A stretch of 64,000 bases of DNA from Acholeplasmataceae bacterium. Lineage in GTDB: Bacteria > Bacillota_I > Bacilli_A > Acholeplasmatales > Acholeplasmataceae. Under the pieces are notes generated by a model. That model saw nothing but the letters and a program-made list of their open reading frames with translations. It was not told the DNA's origin and searched no databases. Shown here piece by piece: positions 17,645 through 28,941 of the stretch. The stretch covers positions 544,001 to 608,000 of the forward strand of contig OY775910.1 in the NCBI GenBank assembly GCA_963675245.1, in the 5' to 3' direction. The stretch's first letter is position 1. Each line of letters begins with the position of its first letter. Both the position numbers and the translations under genes were made by a program.

Positions 17645-18991
17645 TTATTTCAAGAATTTCTTGACGGTTTTCAATTTCTTATCAGATGCTGGTGGATAAG
17701 TGAATGGTAAATCTAATTTAAATCCCTTTTTCGTGTAACCTTTCATATGTGAAAATGTTTTAAATGATTGATACCCATGATACGTACCAATCCCACTTTG
17801 ACCAACACCACCAAATGGTAAATTGGGGTTTGCGATATGCATAATCGTATCATTGATCGCGCCACCGCCAAAACTGATTGATGAGAAAATGAGTGATTGT
17901 TCTTTTTTATCATCTGAAAACAAATAGAGTGCTAAAGGTTTTTCTTTTTGTTTTAAAACATCTATCATTTCCGATATATTCTTAAATGTTAAAACGGGAA
18001 GAATTGGACCGAATATTTCAGCTTGCATCGCTTCATCTTCCCAAGATGATTCCTGTAAAATAACTGGTGAAATAATGCGTTTTTCATGGTTTTTATGACT
18101 GTCTTTACCACTCGGATGAGTAGCCATGAGGTTGACTAATCTTTGAAAGTGTTTATCTGTAATCATAGAACCGTGATTACCATCAGGATCTGAGAATTTA
18201 TTCATGGCTTTATGAAGTTCATGCATGAATTCTTTTTCAATTGCTTCTTCGACATACACATAATCAGGTGCGATACAAGATTGTCCAGCGTTAATCAGTT
18301 TCCCGAAAGCGATTCTTTTAGCACTATGTTTTAAATGAGCGTGTTTTGTGACAATTGCGGGACTTTTCCCTCCAAGTTCTAATGTGACCGGGATGAGTTG
18401 CTTTGCCGCCTTTTCATAAACGATTTGACCCACTCTTGAACTTCCCGTAAAAAAGATATGATCAAATTTTAGATCTAAAAGTTCGGACGTGATTTTCGCA
18501 TCACCGGTAACAATCTTGACATAGTCTTCATCAAAAGATGATTGAATCATATCAACCAGTGCTTGTTCGGTATGAACAGCTTGTTCACTTGGTTTTAAGA
18601 TTGCTGTATTCCCAGCAGCTATTGCACCAATGAGGGGTTCAATTAGTAATTGAACCGGATAATTATAAGCACCAATAATAAGAACTGTTCCTAAAGGTTC
18701 AGGTTGAATAAAAGACGTTGTGAATAATTGATAATAAGGGGTTTTTACGCGTCTGGTTTTCATCCATTTTTTTAACTGTTTTAACGTATATGAAATAGAC
18801 TTTTTAACAAAACCAATTTCTGTCATGTATGCTTCATAAGCTGATTTGTTTAAATCTTTTTCTAAAGCGAGCAGTAACGTCTCTTCATGTGTCTCAATCG
18901 CTTGATAGAGAACTTTTAATTGTTCTTTTCTAAATAAATAATCTCTTGTTTTTCCTGAATTAAAAAATGCTTTTTGTCGTTCTAGATTCAT
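17645..18991 (-). CDS. Aldehyde dehydrogenase (ALDH3-like)
   Basis: FFTGS, LELGGKSP, NAGQSCIAPDY, EIFGPILP. Confidence 0.95.
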   Translation of the reverse strand: MNLERQKAFFNSGKTRDYLFRKEQLKVLYQAIETHEETLLLALEKDLNKSAYEAYMTEIGFVKKSISYTLKQLKKWMKTRRVKTPYYQLFTTSFIQPEPLGTVLIIGAYNYPVQLLIEPLIGAIAAGNTAILKPSEQAVHTEQALVDMIQSSFDEDYVKIVTGDAKITSELLDLKFDHIFFTGSSRVGQIVYEKAAKQLIPVTLELGGKSPAIVTKHAHLKHSAKRIAFGKLINAGQSCIAPDYVYVEEAIEKEFMHELHKAMNKFSDPDGNHGSMITDKHFQRLVNLMATHPSGKDSHKNHEKRIISPVILQESSWEDEAMQAEIFGPILPVLTFKNISEMIDVLKQKEKPLALYLFSDDKKEQSLIFSSISFGGGAINDTIMHIANPNLPFGGVGQSGIGTYHGYQSFKTFSHMKGYTKKGFKLDLPFTYPPASDKKLKTVKKFLK

Positions 18992-19066
18992 GCTATCGTC
19001 TCCTTATAATCAATCACATTATAGCATACAAAAAAGGTGAGTTACTAAAACTCACCTTTCTTCATG

Positions 19067-19651
19067 TTACGCGTTTAATACGATAACCGAGTATTTATAT
19101 ATATAATCAAGGGCGTCTTGTTCAGATAAATCAATTTTACGGTTAACGCGTTGCATGATTAAACCCACAGTTAATGCTCGAATAATGTGTCCTTTTTCTT
19201 TTCTATCTTGAGGTTTTGGATGAATAACATTCTCTTTAACACCCATCGTTAGAATGTCCATTAAAACGGATTGAACATCTTGTTGTATATCTTCCATAAT
19301 TTCTTCTACATCATGTTTAGGCATCACTTTTATACCTTGGCCTTCACTCATGATACTCATCATAAGTTCATTCGCTTCTTGAGCACTCTTCATCATTCTC
19401 AAAAAGAGTTCTTTGAATGCTGTCTCGAATGTCTGTCCATTGAGTGGTGCTAGTATTCGTTTTCTATAATAATCTGCTAGGTAACAATATGTTTCTTTCA
19501 CTAATTCTTCTTTGCTGTTAAAGTGTTCATAAACCGTACTTTTAGCGATATCTGCTAATTCAGCGATTTTAGCGACTGATATATCACTGATGTTTTCATC
19601 ATGTTTAATTAAGTCAGCTAATACATCAATGATTTTATCCTTGGTTGACAT
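19067..19651 (-). CDS. TetR/AcrR family regulator
   Basis: ISVAKIAELADIAKSTVYEHFNSKEEL. Confidence 0.92.
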   Translation of the reverse strand: MSTKDKIIDVLADLIKHDENISDISVAKIAELADIAKSTVYEHFNSKEELVKETYCYLADYYRKRILAPLNGQTFETAFKELFLRMMKSAQEANELMMSIMSEGQGIKVMPKHDVEEIMEDIQQDVQSVLMDILTMGVKENVIHPKPQDRKEKGHIIRALTVGLIMQRVNRKIDLSEQDALDYIYKYSVIVLNA

Positions 19652-22600
19652 GTGCTTCAACCTCTTTCTTTGCTTCTGCTTCTTCTAACTTAATTTTCTT
19701 CCGATTAACAAGTGCGTAAATAGCTGGTACGACCAATAATGTTAGTACAGTTGCATAAATCAAACCACCGATTGCTGTGACAGCCATTGGTTGTAATAAC
19801 TCAGATCCTTGTCCAATACCTAAAGCCATTATAAAGAGTGCAAGAATCGTTGTAAGTGCTGTCATGAAGATTGGTCTAATACGTGTTTTACCTGCTTCAA
19901 TAATCGCTTCTTTAACGCCTTTACCTTCTTCTCTTAACTTATTAATATAATCAATTAAGACAATACCGTTATTCACGACAATACCGACTAATACGATGAG
20001 ACCCATAATTGAAACCATTGAGAGATTCATATTAGTTACAAGCAAGGCTAACATGCCACCAGTGAAGGCGAGCGGAACAGTACCCAATATAATTAACGGA
20101 TATAAAAGCGATTGGAACTGAATGGCCATAACCATGTAAACTAAAGCGATTGCGATAAGTCCTGCAATAACTAAATCATTGACAGCTGCTAAAATATCCT
20201 CATTTTCACCCTGGAATTCAACATGATAACCATTACCATATGATGCGAAATCATCACTATCTAAATAAACATTGACTGCATCAACAGCATCACCTGAAAC
20301 GATGGTGACATTATAACCATCTTCTATTTGTGCTGTGACATTCAAATAACGATTTGAACCATCAGTATAAATGGTTGCGAAACCTGTAACACGTTCAACA
20401 GTTGTGACACTAGTTGCTGTATCATCGTATAAATTTGCTACTGCTAAAGATGTTAATGTAGGTGAATTAACAGGGTCAGTTGGCATCATCGTAATCTCAC
20501 CATTTTCAACATACAAAAACGGATTAACAATAAACATAATTGGATCTCCTGGTGTATATGTAGGAAGTGATACATTTGGTACATATACTAACCCACCGTT
20601 TTCAACGTAGTTTTCAATGAGTAATCGTGTATCATCATTAAAGAGTAATATGCGACTCAAGAATTGTTCATAATCACCAAAGACATCAAATGTAATACCA
20701 CCAGCAACAGTTGTTTGTGGTACTTCAATATCATAATCAACACCTTCAATTTGTAGAGTAACTGTATCTGTAATACTCATTAATCCTTCAAGTGTTGTGA
20801 AAAATAAACTCATATTTTCATTCACATCATTAGCCGTTAATCCCACTAACATCGCGTGATCAACATCCACTGTGATCTTGACATTATCCGCACCCATGTC
20901 AACACCGTTATCAATATCTTCGACATGTTCAACATCGGCGAGTACAGCGGTAATATCATTCGCGATTGCTTCTAACGTTAATAAATCATAGCCTGATACT
21001 TTAATGTTAATGCCAGATGCTCCTGAAATGGAAGCCGTTGTATCTTGAGATGAAATGTCAACTTCCAAGATATTTGACGATGTCATATCATCGATGTTAT
21101 TAAAGTCAACATCATTGAAAATGTCAATGATAAGTGCACGATAATAGTCTGTGTCATGTGCGCGATCATCTGTTAAGCTGACTGTGATGCTAATACCACC
21201 ACTACTGCCCATCATACTTCTCATTGCAGTAAGTCCACTACCACCACTTGAACCAATGGTTGCAGATACGGTTTCAATGTCATCAAGTAACATAATTTTG
21301 TTTGTGACATAATCCGTGTAATCCGCTTGAGCAGCAAATGTCGTTGTACTATCTGTCGATACGGTAATATCAATATATCCCTCATCTGATGTAGGTAACA
21401 TGATAAATCCTTTTGCATAGACCAAGAAGAAACTACCGACTAATAAGCCTAATACAACAATATATGTGAGCGCTTGATGATGAATCGTAAAGTTCACTGA
21501 TTTTTCATAAGCTTTCTTAATCCAATGTAAGAATTTTCCTTCTTTCATTGGTTTTTTATCATCTAACATTCTAGAAGATAGCATAGGTACCATTGTTAAA
21601 CCGATAATTAATGAGGCACCTAATGAATAAGCAATTGTTAACATCATATTGATAAATATTTCGTTAATGATACCTTCTAAGAATAGAATTGGTAAGAACA
21701 CAGCGACGGTGGTTAATGTGGATGCTGTAATCGCGCCCGCAACTTGCTTCGCACCAAATATCGCTGCATCATGTTTAGATTTTCCTTCACTGATCATTCG
21801 GTAAATGTTCTCGATAACAACGATCGCGTTATCTACTAACATCCCAATGCCTAAGGCAAGTCCTCCCATTGAGACCATATTTAACGACACACCTGTAAAG
21901 TACATTAGCATAAATGCTGCGACAACAGAAATAGGAATGGCAAGACCAACGATAAGTGTTGGTTTAACATCTCTTAAGAATAAAAATAAAACGAGAATTG
22001 CTAATATCCCACCATAAATAAGATTTTGTAAAACAGAGTTTATAGACAATCTGATATATTCGCCTTGATTTAACAATATATCATAACTAGCATTAGGATA
22101 TTGATCGACAATATCATCTAATCTTGCCATAATGTTATCTGTTACTTCAGTGATGCTGTAATCTGATTGTGCTTGAAATGAAATATTAATCCCCTGTTTG
22201 CCATTTATTTTTGAATATGTGTTTGTATTCGCATTAATATAACTAATACCTTCTTCATTCACTAGATCGCTCAAGCGAACAATCTCACCAGCATCTTCTA
22301 AAATAGGTAGATTTTCAACTTCTGTAATTGATGATGGACTATCACCTAGATAAAGCATTCTGATTTCGCCTTCATCTAATGCAACACCAACTAAACCAGC
22401 AACATTTTGATCTTCGATGGTTGCTAGCACATCATCGATTGATAAACCATATGAAGCAAGTATTGTTTCATCTAAATTAATTTGTAGAATTGTATCTGAT
22501 GCACCACTAATTGAGACGTCAGCCACGCCACTAATAGAGGTTAATTCAGTGATAATATCTTCATTAATCCAGGCTGTATTTAAGATTAATGCTTCTTCGT

Positions 22601-23045
22601 CTGATACACTTTCATCATATGATTGATAAAGTGAGATTTGCATGACTGGAAGCATATCAGGACTAATCCTTAAAATACGAGTATTTCCCACACCATCAGG
22701 AAATGAGATATTGTTTAGTGATTCTCTTAATTCAATAAATGCGGAATCCATATTCGCGCCATCTTGGAATGTAATCATAGATACTGCAAAATGTTCATAG
22801 CTCATTGATGAAATTTCAGAATAGCTATTGACCGTAGCTGCAGCTGCTTCAATAGGTGCAGATACGTCTGCTTCTAAAGTTTCCGGATTTTCACCTTCAT
22901 AGGTTGTAATAGTCACTAAGTAAGGTAAATTAATATCTGGGAACAGATTTAATGGTAATCTTGTAACTGCAAATATACCTAATGTAATCACGATTAGGAT
23001 ACCCATTAAAACTGTAATCGGTTTTCTAACACTATATTTACTCAT
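19635..23045 (-). CDS. RND efflux permease (AcrB/SwrC-like)
   Basis: GMLVDNAIVVIENI, GIVVNNGIVLID, RIRPIFMTALTT. Confidence 0.95.
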   Translation of the reverse strand: MSKYSVRKPITVLMGILIVITLGIFAVTRLPLNLFPDINLPYLVTITTYEGENPETLEADVSAPIEAAAATVNSYSEISSMSYEHFAVSMITFQDGANMDSAFIELRESLNNISFPDGVGNTRILRISPDMLPVMQISLYQSYDESVSDEEALILNTAWINEDIITELTSISGVADVSISGASDTILQINLDETILASYGLSIDDVLATIEDQNVAGLVGVALDEGEIRMLYLGDSPSSITEVENLPILEDAGEIVRLSDLVNEEGISYINANTNTYSKINGKQGINISFQAQSDYSITEVTDNIMARLDDIVDQYPNASYDILLNQGEYIRLSINSVLQNLIYGGILAILVLFLFLRDVKPTLIVGLAIPISVVAAFMLMYFTGVSLNMVSMGGLALGIGMLVDNAIVVIENIYRMISEGKSKHDAAIFGAKQVAGAITASTLTTVAVFLPILFLEGIINEIFINMMLTIAYSLGASLIIGLTMVPMLSSRMLDDKKPMKEGKFLHWIKKAYEKSVNFTIHHQALTYIVVLGLLVGSFFLVYAKGFIMLPTSDEGYIDITVSTDSTTTFAAQADYTDYVTNKIMLLDDIETVSATIGSSGGSGLTAMRSMMGSSGGISITVSLTDDRAHDTDYYRALIIDIFNDVDFNNIDDMTSSNILEVDISSQDTTASISGASGINIKVSGYDLLTLEAIANDITAVLADVEHVEDIDNGVDMGADNVKITVDVDHAMLVGLTANDVNENMSLFFTTLEGLMSITDTVTLQIEGVDYDIEVPQTTVAGGITFDVFGDYEQFLSRILLFNDDTRLLIENYVENGGLVYVPNVSLPTYTPGDPIMFIVNPFLYVENGEITMMPTDPVNSPTLTSLAVANLYDDTATSVTTVERVTGFATIYTDGSNRYLNVTAQIEDGYNVTIVSGDAVDAVNVYLDSDDFASYGNGYHVEFQGENEDILAAVNDLVIAGLIAIALVYMVMAIQFQSLLYPLIILGTVPLAFTGGMLALLVTNMNLSMVSIMGLIVLVGIVVNNGIVLIDYINKLREEGKGVKEAIIEAGKTRIRPIFMTALTTILALFIMALGIGQGSELLQPMAVTAIGGLIYATVLTLLVVPAIYALVNRKKIKLEEAEAKKEVEAHVNQG

Positions 23046-23068
23046 GTTTTACTCCTTTGTTGTCAATC

Positions 23069-23086
23069 CGACCGACCGGTCGGTCG
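23069..23086. promoter_or_regulatory. Probable TetR operator of the RND-tetR operon
   Basis: Perfect 18-bp GC-rich palindrome CGACCGACCGGTCGGTCG just upstream of the RND RBS. Confidence 0.8.
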
Positions 23087-23219
23087 TTTTATTCAATTCT
23101 AACAAAATTAAAATCTATAGTCAATCAATATAGTCCAATTTTAGTATTTTTTTCATAATCTACTTATTACTTGGTATTTCGTCTTTTCTCGTGTAAACTA
23201 AATGTCGAGAGGTTTTAAC

Positions 23220-23969
23220 ATGCAAACTATAACATTTAAAGATATATTTCTAAGATTCATAAAGAAGTATCCGGTGACATTCACCTTATTGGCTGCTAAT
23301 TTATTTATGTTTATATTCGTTTTATTTAATGGTGGTTATCCATCTAATCCAGTTGAATTAGCAACCGTGTTACGAAACAATGGTGGCTTGTCTCCTAATT
23401 TAGTAAGTCAAGGTGAATATTGGCGTATATTGACAGCTATGTTTTTACATGCTGGTTTTCTTCATTTTTTTCTAAACAGTTTCTTCCTTTATTACATAGG
23501 TAGCTTTGTTGAACGTATGCTTGGTAGTTTGAAATATGGTATTCTTTATTTCATTAGTGGCATTGGTTCTGGTATTTTTGTTTGGTTATTAAGCAACCCT
23601 TTAACCATTACAGTTGGTGCAAGCGGCGCGTTATATGGTGTCATGGCTGGATTGTTCTTAATGACATTCATTAAATCCTCGTGGTTCCATCCAAGAAGTA
23701 TTCGCTCTATCAGAATGATGGTCGCGATTAATATTTTCTTTACCTTCGCATCCATGATTGGTGATGGTTCAATTTCAGTTTGGGGTCATTTAGGAGGATT
23801 CGTTGTTGGATTAATTGTTATTTATGTCATCATGCCTAAAGAACCCTATAACATTAATCGTATCTATCGTCCTAGACCGCCGCGTGAAACAAGTCATCAT
23901 GGACGTACCGTGATTGATGCTGATAGTGTCACAGATGATGATATTTACGATACACATTATACAAATTAA
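23220..23969 (+). CDS. Rhomboid intramembrane serine protease
   Basis: WRILTAMFLHAGFLHFFLN, GASG, GHLGGF. Confidence 0.95.
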   Translation: MQTITFKDIFLRFIKKYPVTFTLLAANLFMFIFVLFNGGYPSNPVELATVLRNNGGLSPNLVSQGEYWRILTAMFLHAGFLHFFLNSFFLYYIGSFVERMLGSLKYGILYFISGIGSGIFVWLLSNPLTITVGASGALYGVMAGLFLMTFIKSSWFHPRSIRSIRMMVAINIFFTFASMIGDGSISVWGHLGGFVVGLIVIYVIMPKEPYNINRIYRPRPPRETSHHGRTVIDADSVTDDDIYDTHYTN

Positions 23970-24004
23970 AAAAAGCCTTGTTGGAAATCCCAATAAGGCT
24001 TTTT
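23968..24004. terminator. Bidirectional terminator
   Basis: aaaaagccttgttgg..ccaataaggcttttt between convergent genes. Confidence 0.8.
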
Positions 24005-26372
24005 ATTTAATATCAATTTCTACATTTTTCGTCTCAAAATCGCTTATTACACGTATCTTTAATTTCCCCTTATTTTGAGGTTTTACAATGGCCATTGCTT
24101 CTCCAAAATAGGTTGTATTCGTATACCCAGAATATCCATCTTTATTATATGGACATGCATTGCCAAAACCAATTAATTCTCCTTGATCCACTTGAATATT
24201 TATATTAGTTTGTTCAAGTGGTTTTACGATGCCATTTTTATCCGTTATTTTGAAATGAACAAATACTAAATCTTCAATCGATAACTCATTTTCATTTTCT
24301 ATATAAACATTTAACCTATTATCATCGCCTGCTGAAGTTAGTGACGTGCGACCTATTTCGACGTTATTTTGATCATATCCGATTGCGGTCAAAGTGCCTG
24401 GATAATATGTTGTCTTTATATAAAATACAGCACCATGTTTTCGTTTCTTCGATTCAGCAATCTTTTTATCATTCAGCAATAAAACAACTTTATCTGCTTT
24501 AGCATACACTTCTATTTTTGCAGGTTTACCTTCCAATCCGTTGAAACTCCAAGAGGAAATCGCGTTACTCATCTTCCATGCAGAAGGCGAATGTTTTCTC
24601 TTTTTTTCTTGTACTGGCACAACGGCCATCCCAATCGGATCGAGATTATACGCGACTCTTGTGAATGCAGTTTCTCCACCAGTGTTTCCAAGTATATCAA
24701 TTCTGCCAGATCCTGCAGTCATCCACCCTGGACCATGTGAGAAATCAGGTACTTGATGTTCATACACCCAAGCGCCAATACCTACTTCTCCTAAATAATC
24801 CATACCTGACCAAACAAAATCACCAATTATAGCTGGATTGGTTTGAGCTAAATCATAAAATTGACATGCATCTTTACAAAATGTTTCTGTTCCTAAAATG
24901 ACACGATGAGGATATTTTTTAACATCTTTTTTATATCGATCAATCCCATAATTATATCCAGCAACATCCATATTAGCAAATGCTTTTTTAGTGTTTCGAT
25001 CACTACCTTTTAAAGTAGCACCCCACTTCATGAATTTATCACCCAGTAAGCCTGCTAAATTATTGAAGAACTCGCTTCCTACCGCTTTCTTTTTATTCTT
25101 TAATGATGCTTCTTTTTCGGCTTTATCATCTGTGTAAACACCAAAACCTAATTGACTTAAATAGTTAAAAAATATGTTAACCCCACATGTCACAGGACGG
25201 TCATCTAATGTGTGAAGATATTTTGTCATTTCTTCAGTAAACTGAATACCCCTTTCCTGAGCTGTTTCTGACACTTCATTACCTGTAGAATACATGATGA
25301 CAGATGGATGGTTGAAATCTTTATCCACTAAATCTTTTAAATCTTCTTTCCACCAATCACTAACAAAATTAGCATAGTCATACTTTGTTTTATGAATATA
25401 CCACATGTCGACATATTCATCTAAAACAAGCATCCCTAGTTCATCACACGCATTTAACAATGCTTTTGAACATGGATTATGTGCAGAACGAATTGCGTTA
25501 TACCCTGCAGCTTTTAATCGTTGTACTTTACGATACGCCGCGGTGGGATGTTCAACTGCACCAAGCAATCCATTATCATGATGAATACAAGCCCCATATA
25601 AAATGGTTCTCTTATCATTTATAAGTAAACCTGTTTCACTGCTTACAGAAACAGTTCTTATACCAAAAGTTGTTTCTTGAATATCGTCTTCAAAGATTGC
25701 ACGGCACGTATATAACTTAGGGTTTTCAACTTGCCATAATTTAGCATTTGGTAAAATCAAACGAACAGATGAGTTTTTATTTGTATCTATTTTTTCTTCT
25801 TTAATGATGTTTGTGTCATCAAGAATTTGGATATTTACGATGCCAGATATATTTGTTTCAAGACTTATTTCAATCTCGGGATGATGATTAATGGTTTTTA
25901 TTTTCAGACTGTTTAACGAAATATGATGTTTGGGTAATACATACATATGCACTGGTCTATAAATGCCTGTTCCGGTATACCATCTACTATTGGGTTGATC
26001 ACTATTATAAGCAATGACCTCTATTTTATTATCTTCACCAAATATCAAAAATTCATTTGCGTAAACATAAAAATTCGTATACCCATATGGTCGATCATAT
26101 GCTTTTTTACCATTGATATATACTTCAGCATTATGATAAACCCCTTCAAACTCAAAAACAATCACTTTATCGTAATCGTCTATAGGTATATGAAATGTTT
26201 TAACATACACATAATCATGACCTTCAAACCAACCAATATTCTTACCACCTTGACTATTATCTGTTCTCTTTTCATGAATCATCGCATCATGTGGTATTGT
26301 AATGTCTTTGATGGTGGTTATATCATCTTTTTGATAAATATGCCAATGATTATTAAAATTAATTTTCTGCAT
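24003..26372 (-). CDS. Glycoside hydrolase family 2 (beta-galactosidase-like)
   Basis: FEGVY, SRWYTGTGIYRPV, GACIHHDNG, NAIRSAHNP, NHPSVIMYSTGNE, GTET. Confidence 0.93.
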   Translation of the reverse strand: MQKINFNNHWHIYQKDDITTIKDITIPHDAMIHEKRTDNSQGGKNIGWFEGHDYVYVKTFHIPIDDYDKVIVFEFEGVYHNAEVYINGKKAYDRPYGYTNFYVYANEFLIFGEDNKIEVIAYNSDQPNSRWYTGTGIYRPVHMYVLPKHHISLNSLKIKTINHHPEIEISLETNISGIVNIQILDDTNIIKEEKIDTNKNSSVRLILPNAKLWQVENPKLYTCRAIFEDDIQETTFGIRTVSVSSETGLLINDKRTILYGACIHHDNGLLGAVEHPTAAYRKVQRLKAAGYNAIRSAHNPCSKALLNACDELGMLVLDEYVDMWYIHKTKYDYANFVSDWWKEDLKDLVDKDFNHPSVIMYSTGNEVSETAQERGIQFTEEMTKYLHTLDDRPVTCGVNIFFNYLSQLGFGVYTDDKAEKEASLKNKKKAVGSEFFNNLAGLLGDKFMKWGATLKGSDRNTKKAFANMDVAGYNYGIDRYKKDVKKYPHRVILGTETFCKDACQFYDLAQTNPAIIGDFVWSGMDYLGEVGIGAWVYEHQVPDFSHGPGWMTAGSGRIDILGNTGGETAFTRVAYNLDPIGMAVVPVQEKKRKHSPSAWKMSNAISSWSFNGLEGKPAKIEVYAKADKVVLLLNDKKIAESKKRKHGAVFYIKTTYYPGTLTAIGYDQNNVEIGRTSLTSAGDDNRLNVYIENENELSIEDLVFVHFKITDKNGIVKPLEQTNINIQVDQGELIGFGNACPYNKDGYSGYTNTTYFGEAMAIVKPQNKGKLKIRVISDFETKNVEIDIK

Positions 26373-26494
26373 GATAATCTCCTATACACTCATTATGTCG
26401 TTCTAAAGGTCATAAGTCAAGATGACCTTCGTGTGTTGTATATAAATATGCGTATACTGTAAAAAAATACTACCGCCAATGACGGTAGTCGTTT

Positions 26495-28366
26495 TTATTT
26501 GTTGGAGTCAACCATTAATTCAATTAAATATTTTGAGAATTCAGTAGCATCTTCTATCGGTAACCCCTCTGCAAGTAAAGCTTGGTGATAAAGAATGGAT
26601 GCGTAACGATCAATCGTCGCACCATCCTTTTCAAATTGTGCGCTAATCGCTTTAAAAAGTGGATGGTTAGGGTTAACTTCTAAAATGCGTTCCGCCTTAA
26701 CGTCTTGACCGTTTGGCATTTGTTTTAACACTTTTTCCATTTCAAGTGATAATCCTTCTCCAGAAACCAAGCAGACTGGAGAGTCAGAAAGTCTAGCAGA
26801 TAACTTCACATCTTTAACTTTATCCTTAAGGGCTTTCTTCATCGCTTTTAAGATATCTTTATTTTCTTTTTCTTGAGCTTTTAAATCTTTCTTCTGATCT
26901 TCATCAATAAAATCTGCTTCACCTTGTTGTACTGATTTAAATGGTACATCTTGATATGATCCCAAGATTTGAATCATGAATTCATCAATGTCATCTATTA
27001 AGAATAAGACCTCATACCCTTTTTCTTTAACCTTATCCATTTGTGGTAAGTTCATTATGGATGCTTTATTTTTACCCGTAGCATAATAAATCGCTTTTTG
27101 AGCTTCAGGTTTTCTTTCAATGTATTCTTTAAACGTTATATACTCATCAGATGCACTCGTCTTAAACATAATAAGATCTTGTAGTTTTTCTTTATTCATG
27201 CCATACATATCATAAACACCATATTTAAGGGTTAATCTGTAGGCATCATAAAATTGAACATACTTTTCTCGATCGTTAGCAAGTAGTTTTTCTAATTCGC
27301 TTTTTATTTTCTTTTCAATGTTTGACGCGATGCGTTTGACTTGTTGGTTTTGTTGTAGCATTTCACGAGAAATGTTTAAACTAATATCTGCGGAATCAAC
27401 CAACCCTTTAACAAACTTGAAATAATCTGGTAATAAATCTTTGTTGCGATCTTGGATAAAGACACTCTTTGAATAAAGTTGCAATCCTTTTTCATATTTT
27501 TCGCTATAGAAATCATATGGTACTTTTTTAGGAATAAAGAGTAATGCAGTATAGGTTAATAACCCTTCTACAGATGTATGAATGGTGAGTAGTGGATCTT
27601 CATAATCAGAAAATTGTCTCTTATAAAATTCATTCAATTCTTCATCTTTAAGATCCGATTTTGATTTCTTCCAGATAGGTGTCATTTGATTCAATGTTTG
27701 AATCTCTTCTTTTTCCTTTTTATCATCTTTGACAACCGATGTCATCTTAATAGGATAACGCACATAATCACTATATTTTTTAACAAGACTCTTTATGGTG
27801 TATTCACTCAAAAATGTTGAATAATCTTCTTCGTTTTCCTCATTATCCTCATTTAAATATAGTGTAATAGTCGTCCCAATATCTTCTTTTTCAATCTCAT
27901 CAATACTGTAAGATGATTCACCATTCGATGACCACAAATACCCTGTATCCGCATAAGGTGATCTTGTTCTTACTTCAACTTTATGAGCAACCATAAAGGA
28001 TGAATAAAAACCGACACCAAATTGACCAATGATATTGATATCTTCTTTTTCTAATTTTTCTTGGAAAGCTTTAGAACCACTTTGTGCGATTGTTCCTAAG
28101 TTTTCAACGAGTTCTTCCTCTGTAAACCCAATACCATTATCTTTAATGGTTAACGTTCTTTCTTCTTTATTAGGTTCAATCCAGATGTCATAATCAGTTG
28201 CAGGAATTGATGTATCTGTAAGCGACAAAAAATGACGCTTATCGATAGCATCAGACGCATTCGAGATTAATTCTCTTAAAAAAATTTCCTTTTGCGTGTA
28301 GATGGAATGCGTCATTAAATGTAATAGTTTTTGTGATTGTGTTTTAAATTTTTTAGTTTTTGACAT
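26495..28366 (-). CDS. htpG: Hsp90 chaperone
   Basis: EIFLRELISNASDA, DNGIG, IGQFGVGFYS, LNISREMLQ. Confidence 0.98.
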   Translation of the reverse strand: MSKTKKFKTQSQKLLHLMTHSIYTQKEIFLRELISNASDAIDKRHFLSLTDTSIPATDYDIWIEPNKEERTLTIKDNGIGFTEEELVENLGTIAQSGSKAFQEKLEKEDINIIGQFGVGFYSSFMVAHKVEVRTRSPYADTGYLWSSNGESSYSIDEIEKEDIGTTITLYLNEDNEENEEDYSTFLSEYTIKSLVKKYSDYVRYPIKMTSVVKDDKKEKEEIQTLNQMTPIWKKSKSDLKDEELNEFYKRQFSDYEDPLLTIHTSVEGLLTYTALLFIPKKVPYDFYSEKYEKGLQLYSKSVFIQDRNKDLLPDYFKFVKGLVDSADISLNISREMLQQNQQVKRIASNIEKKIKSELEKLLANDREKYVQFYDAYRLTLKYGVYDMYGMNKEKLQDLIMFKTSASDEYITFKEYIERKPEAQKAIYYATGKNKASIMNLPQMDKVKEKGYEVLFLIDDIDEFMIQILGSYQDVPFKSVQQGEADFIDEDQKKDLKAQEKENKDILKAMKKALKDKVKDVKLSARLSDSPVCLVSGEGLSLEMEKVLKQMPNGQDVKAERILEVNPNHPLFKAISAQFEKDGATIDRYASILYHQALLAEGLPIEDATEFSKYLIELMVDSNK

Positions 28367-28391
28367 GTTATCGCCTCCACATGATATTTTA

Positions 28392-28838
28392 TTAATCTAA
28401 GGCTTCCATGTCAAGTGTCTCATCTTTCTTCATCGCTGTATTAATTTGATTGTGGTAAACGACATAGCGTGTGAACAAAAATTCTGTCACGAAATTAATA
28501 ATCATTGTCCCCACCAAAACGAGATATCCATTCCAACCAATCCCTTCCAAGGCGTCTCCCCACCACGTTGATAATGGTGTAAATACAGCATAATATCCTG
28601 CGACCTTCATCATGGCTATTGGAACATTAGCAGCTGATTTAAACGTGAACTTACGATTGAGTGTGAAATTCCATAAAACAGATAATATGAGTGCTGTTAA
28701 GTAGGATGGCCAGTAGTCTATTTTACCCCATTCATACATGATGGTAAATGTTAAGACTTGAATGACACCAGCGGAAATTGAAAATAGTGTGAATTTTATC
28801 ATTTGCAGAAGTGTTTCATTTTTCTTGTTGTCTTTCAT
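28392..28838 (-). CDS. GtrA family membrane protein
   Basis: Four TM segments, IKFTLFS, WNFTLNRKFTFKS. Confidence 0.85.
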   Translation of the reverse strand: MKDNKKNETLLQMIKFTLFSISAGVIQVLTFTIMYEWGKIDYWPSYLTALILSVLWNFTLNRKFTFKSAANVPIAMMKVAGYYAVFTPLSTWWGDALEGIGWNGYLVLVGTMIINFVTEFLFTRYVVYHNQINTAMKKDETLDMEALD

Positions 28839-28907
28839 ATCTAAGCTCCTATATTATGTGTGAATTGTGGGAAAGTATTACGCATTTTCACATTTTTGAC
28901 TTTCTAT

Positions 28908-28935
28908 TTGACATTTAAAGTTAAAAACATATAAT
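28908..28935 (+). promoter_or_regulatory. Consensus SigA promoter with no downstream ORF
   Basis: TTGACA-16 nt-TATAAT. Confidence 0.7.
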
Positions 28936-28941
28936 TGTTAT

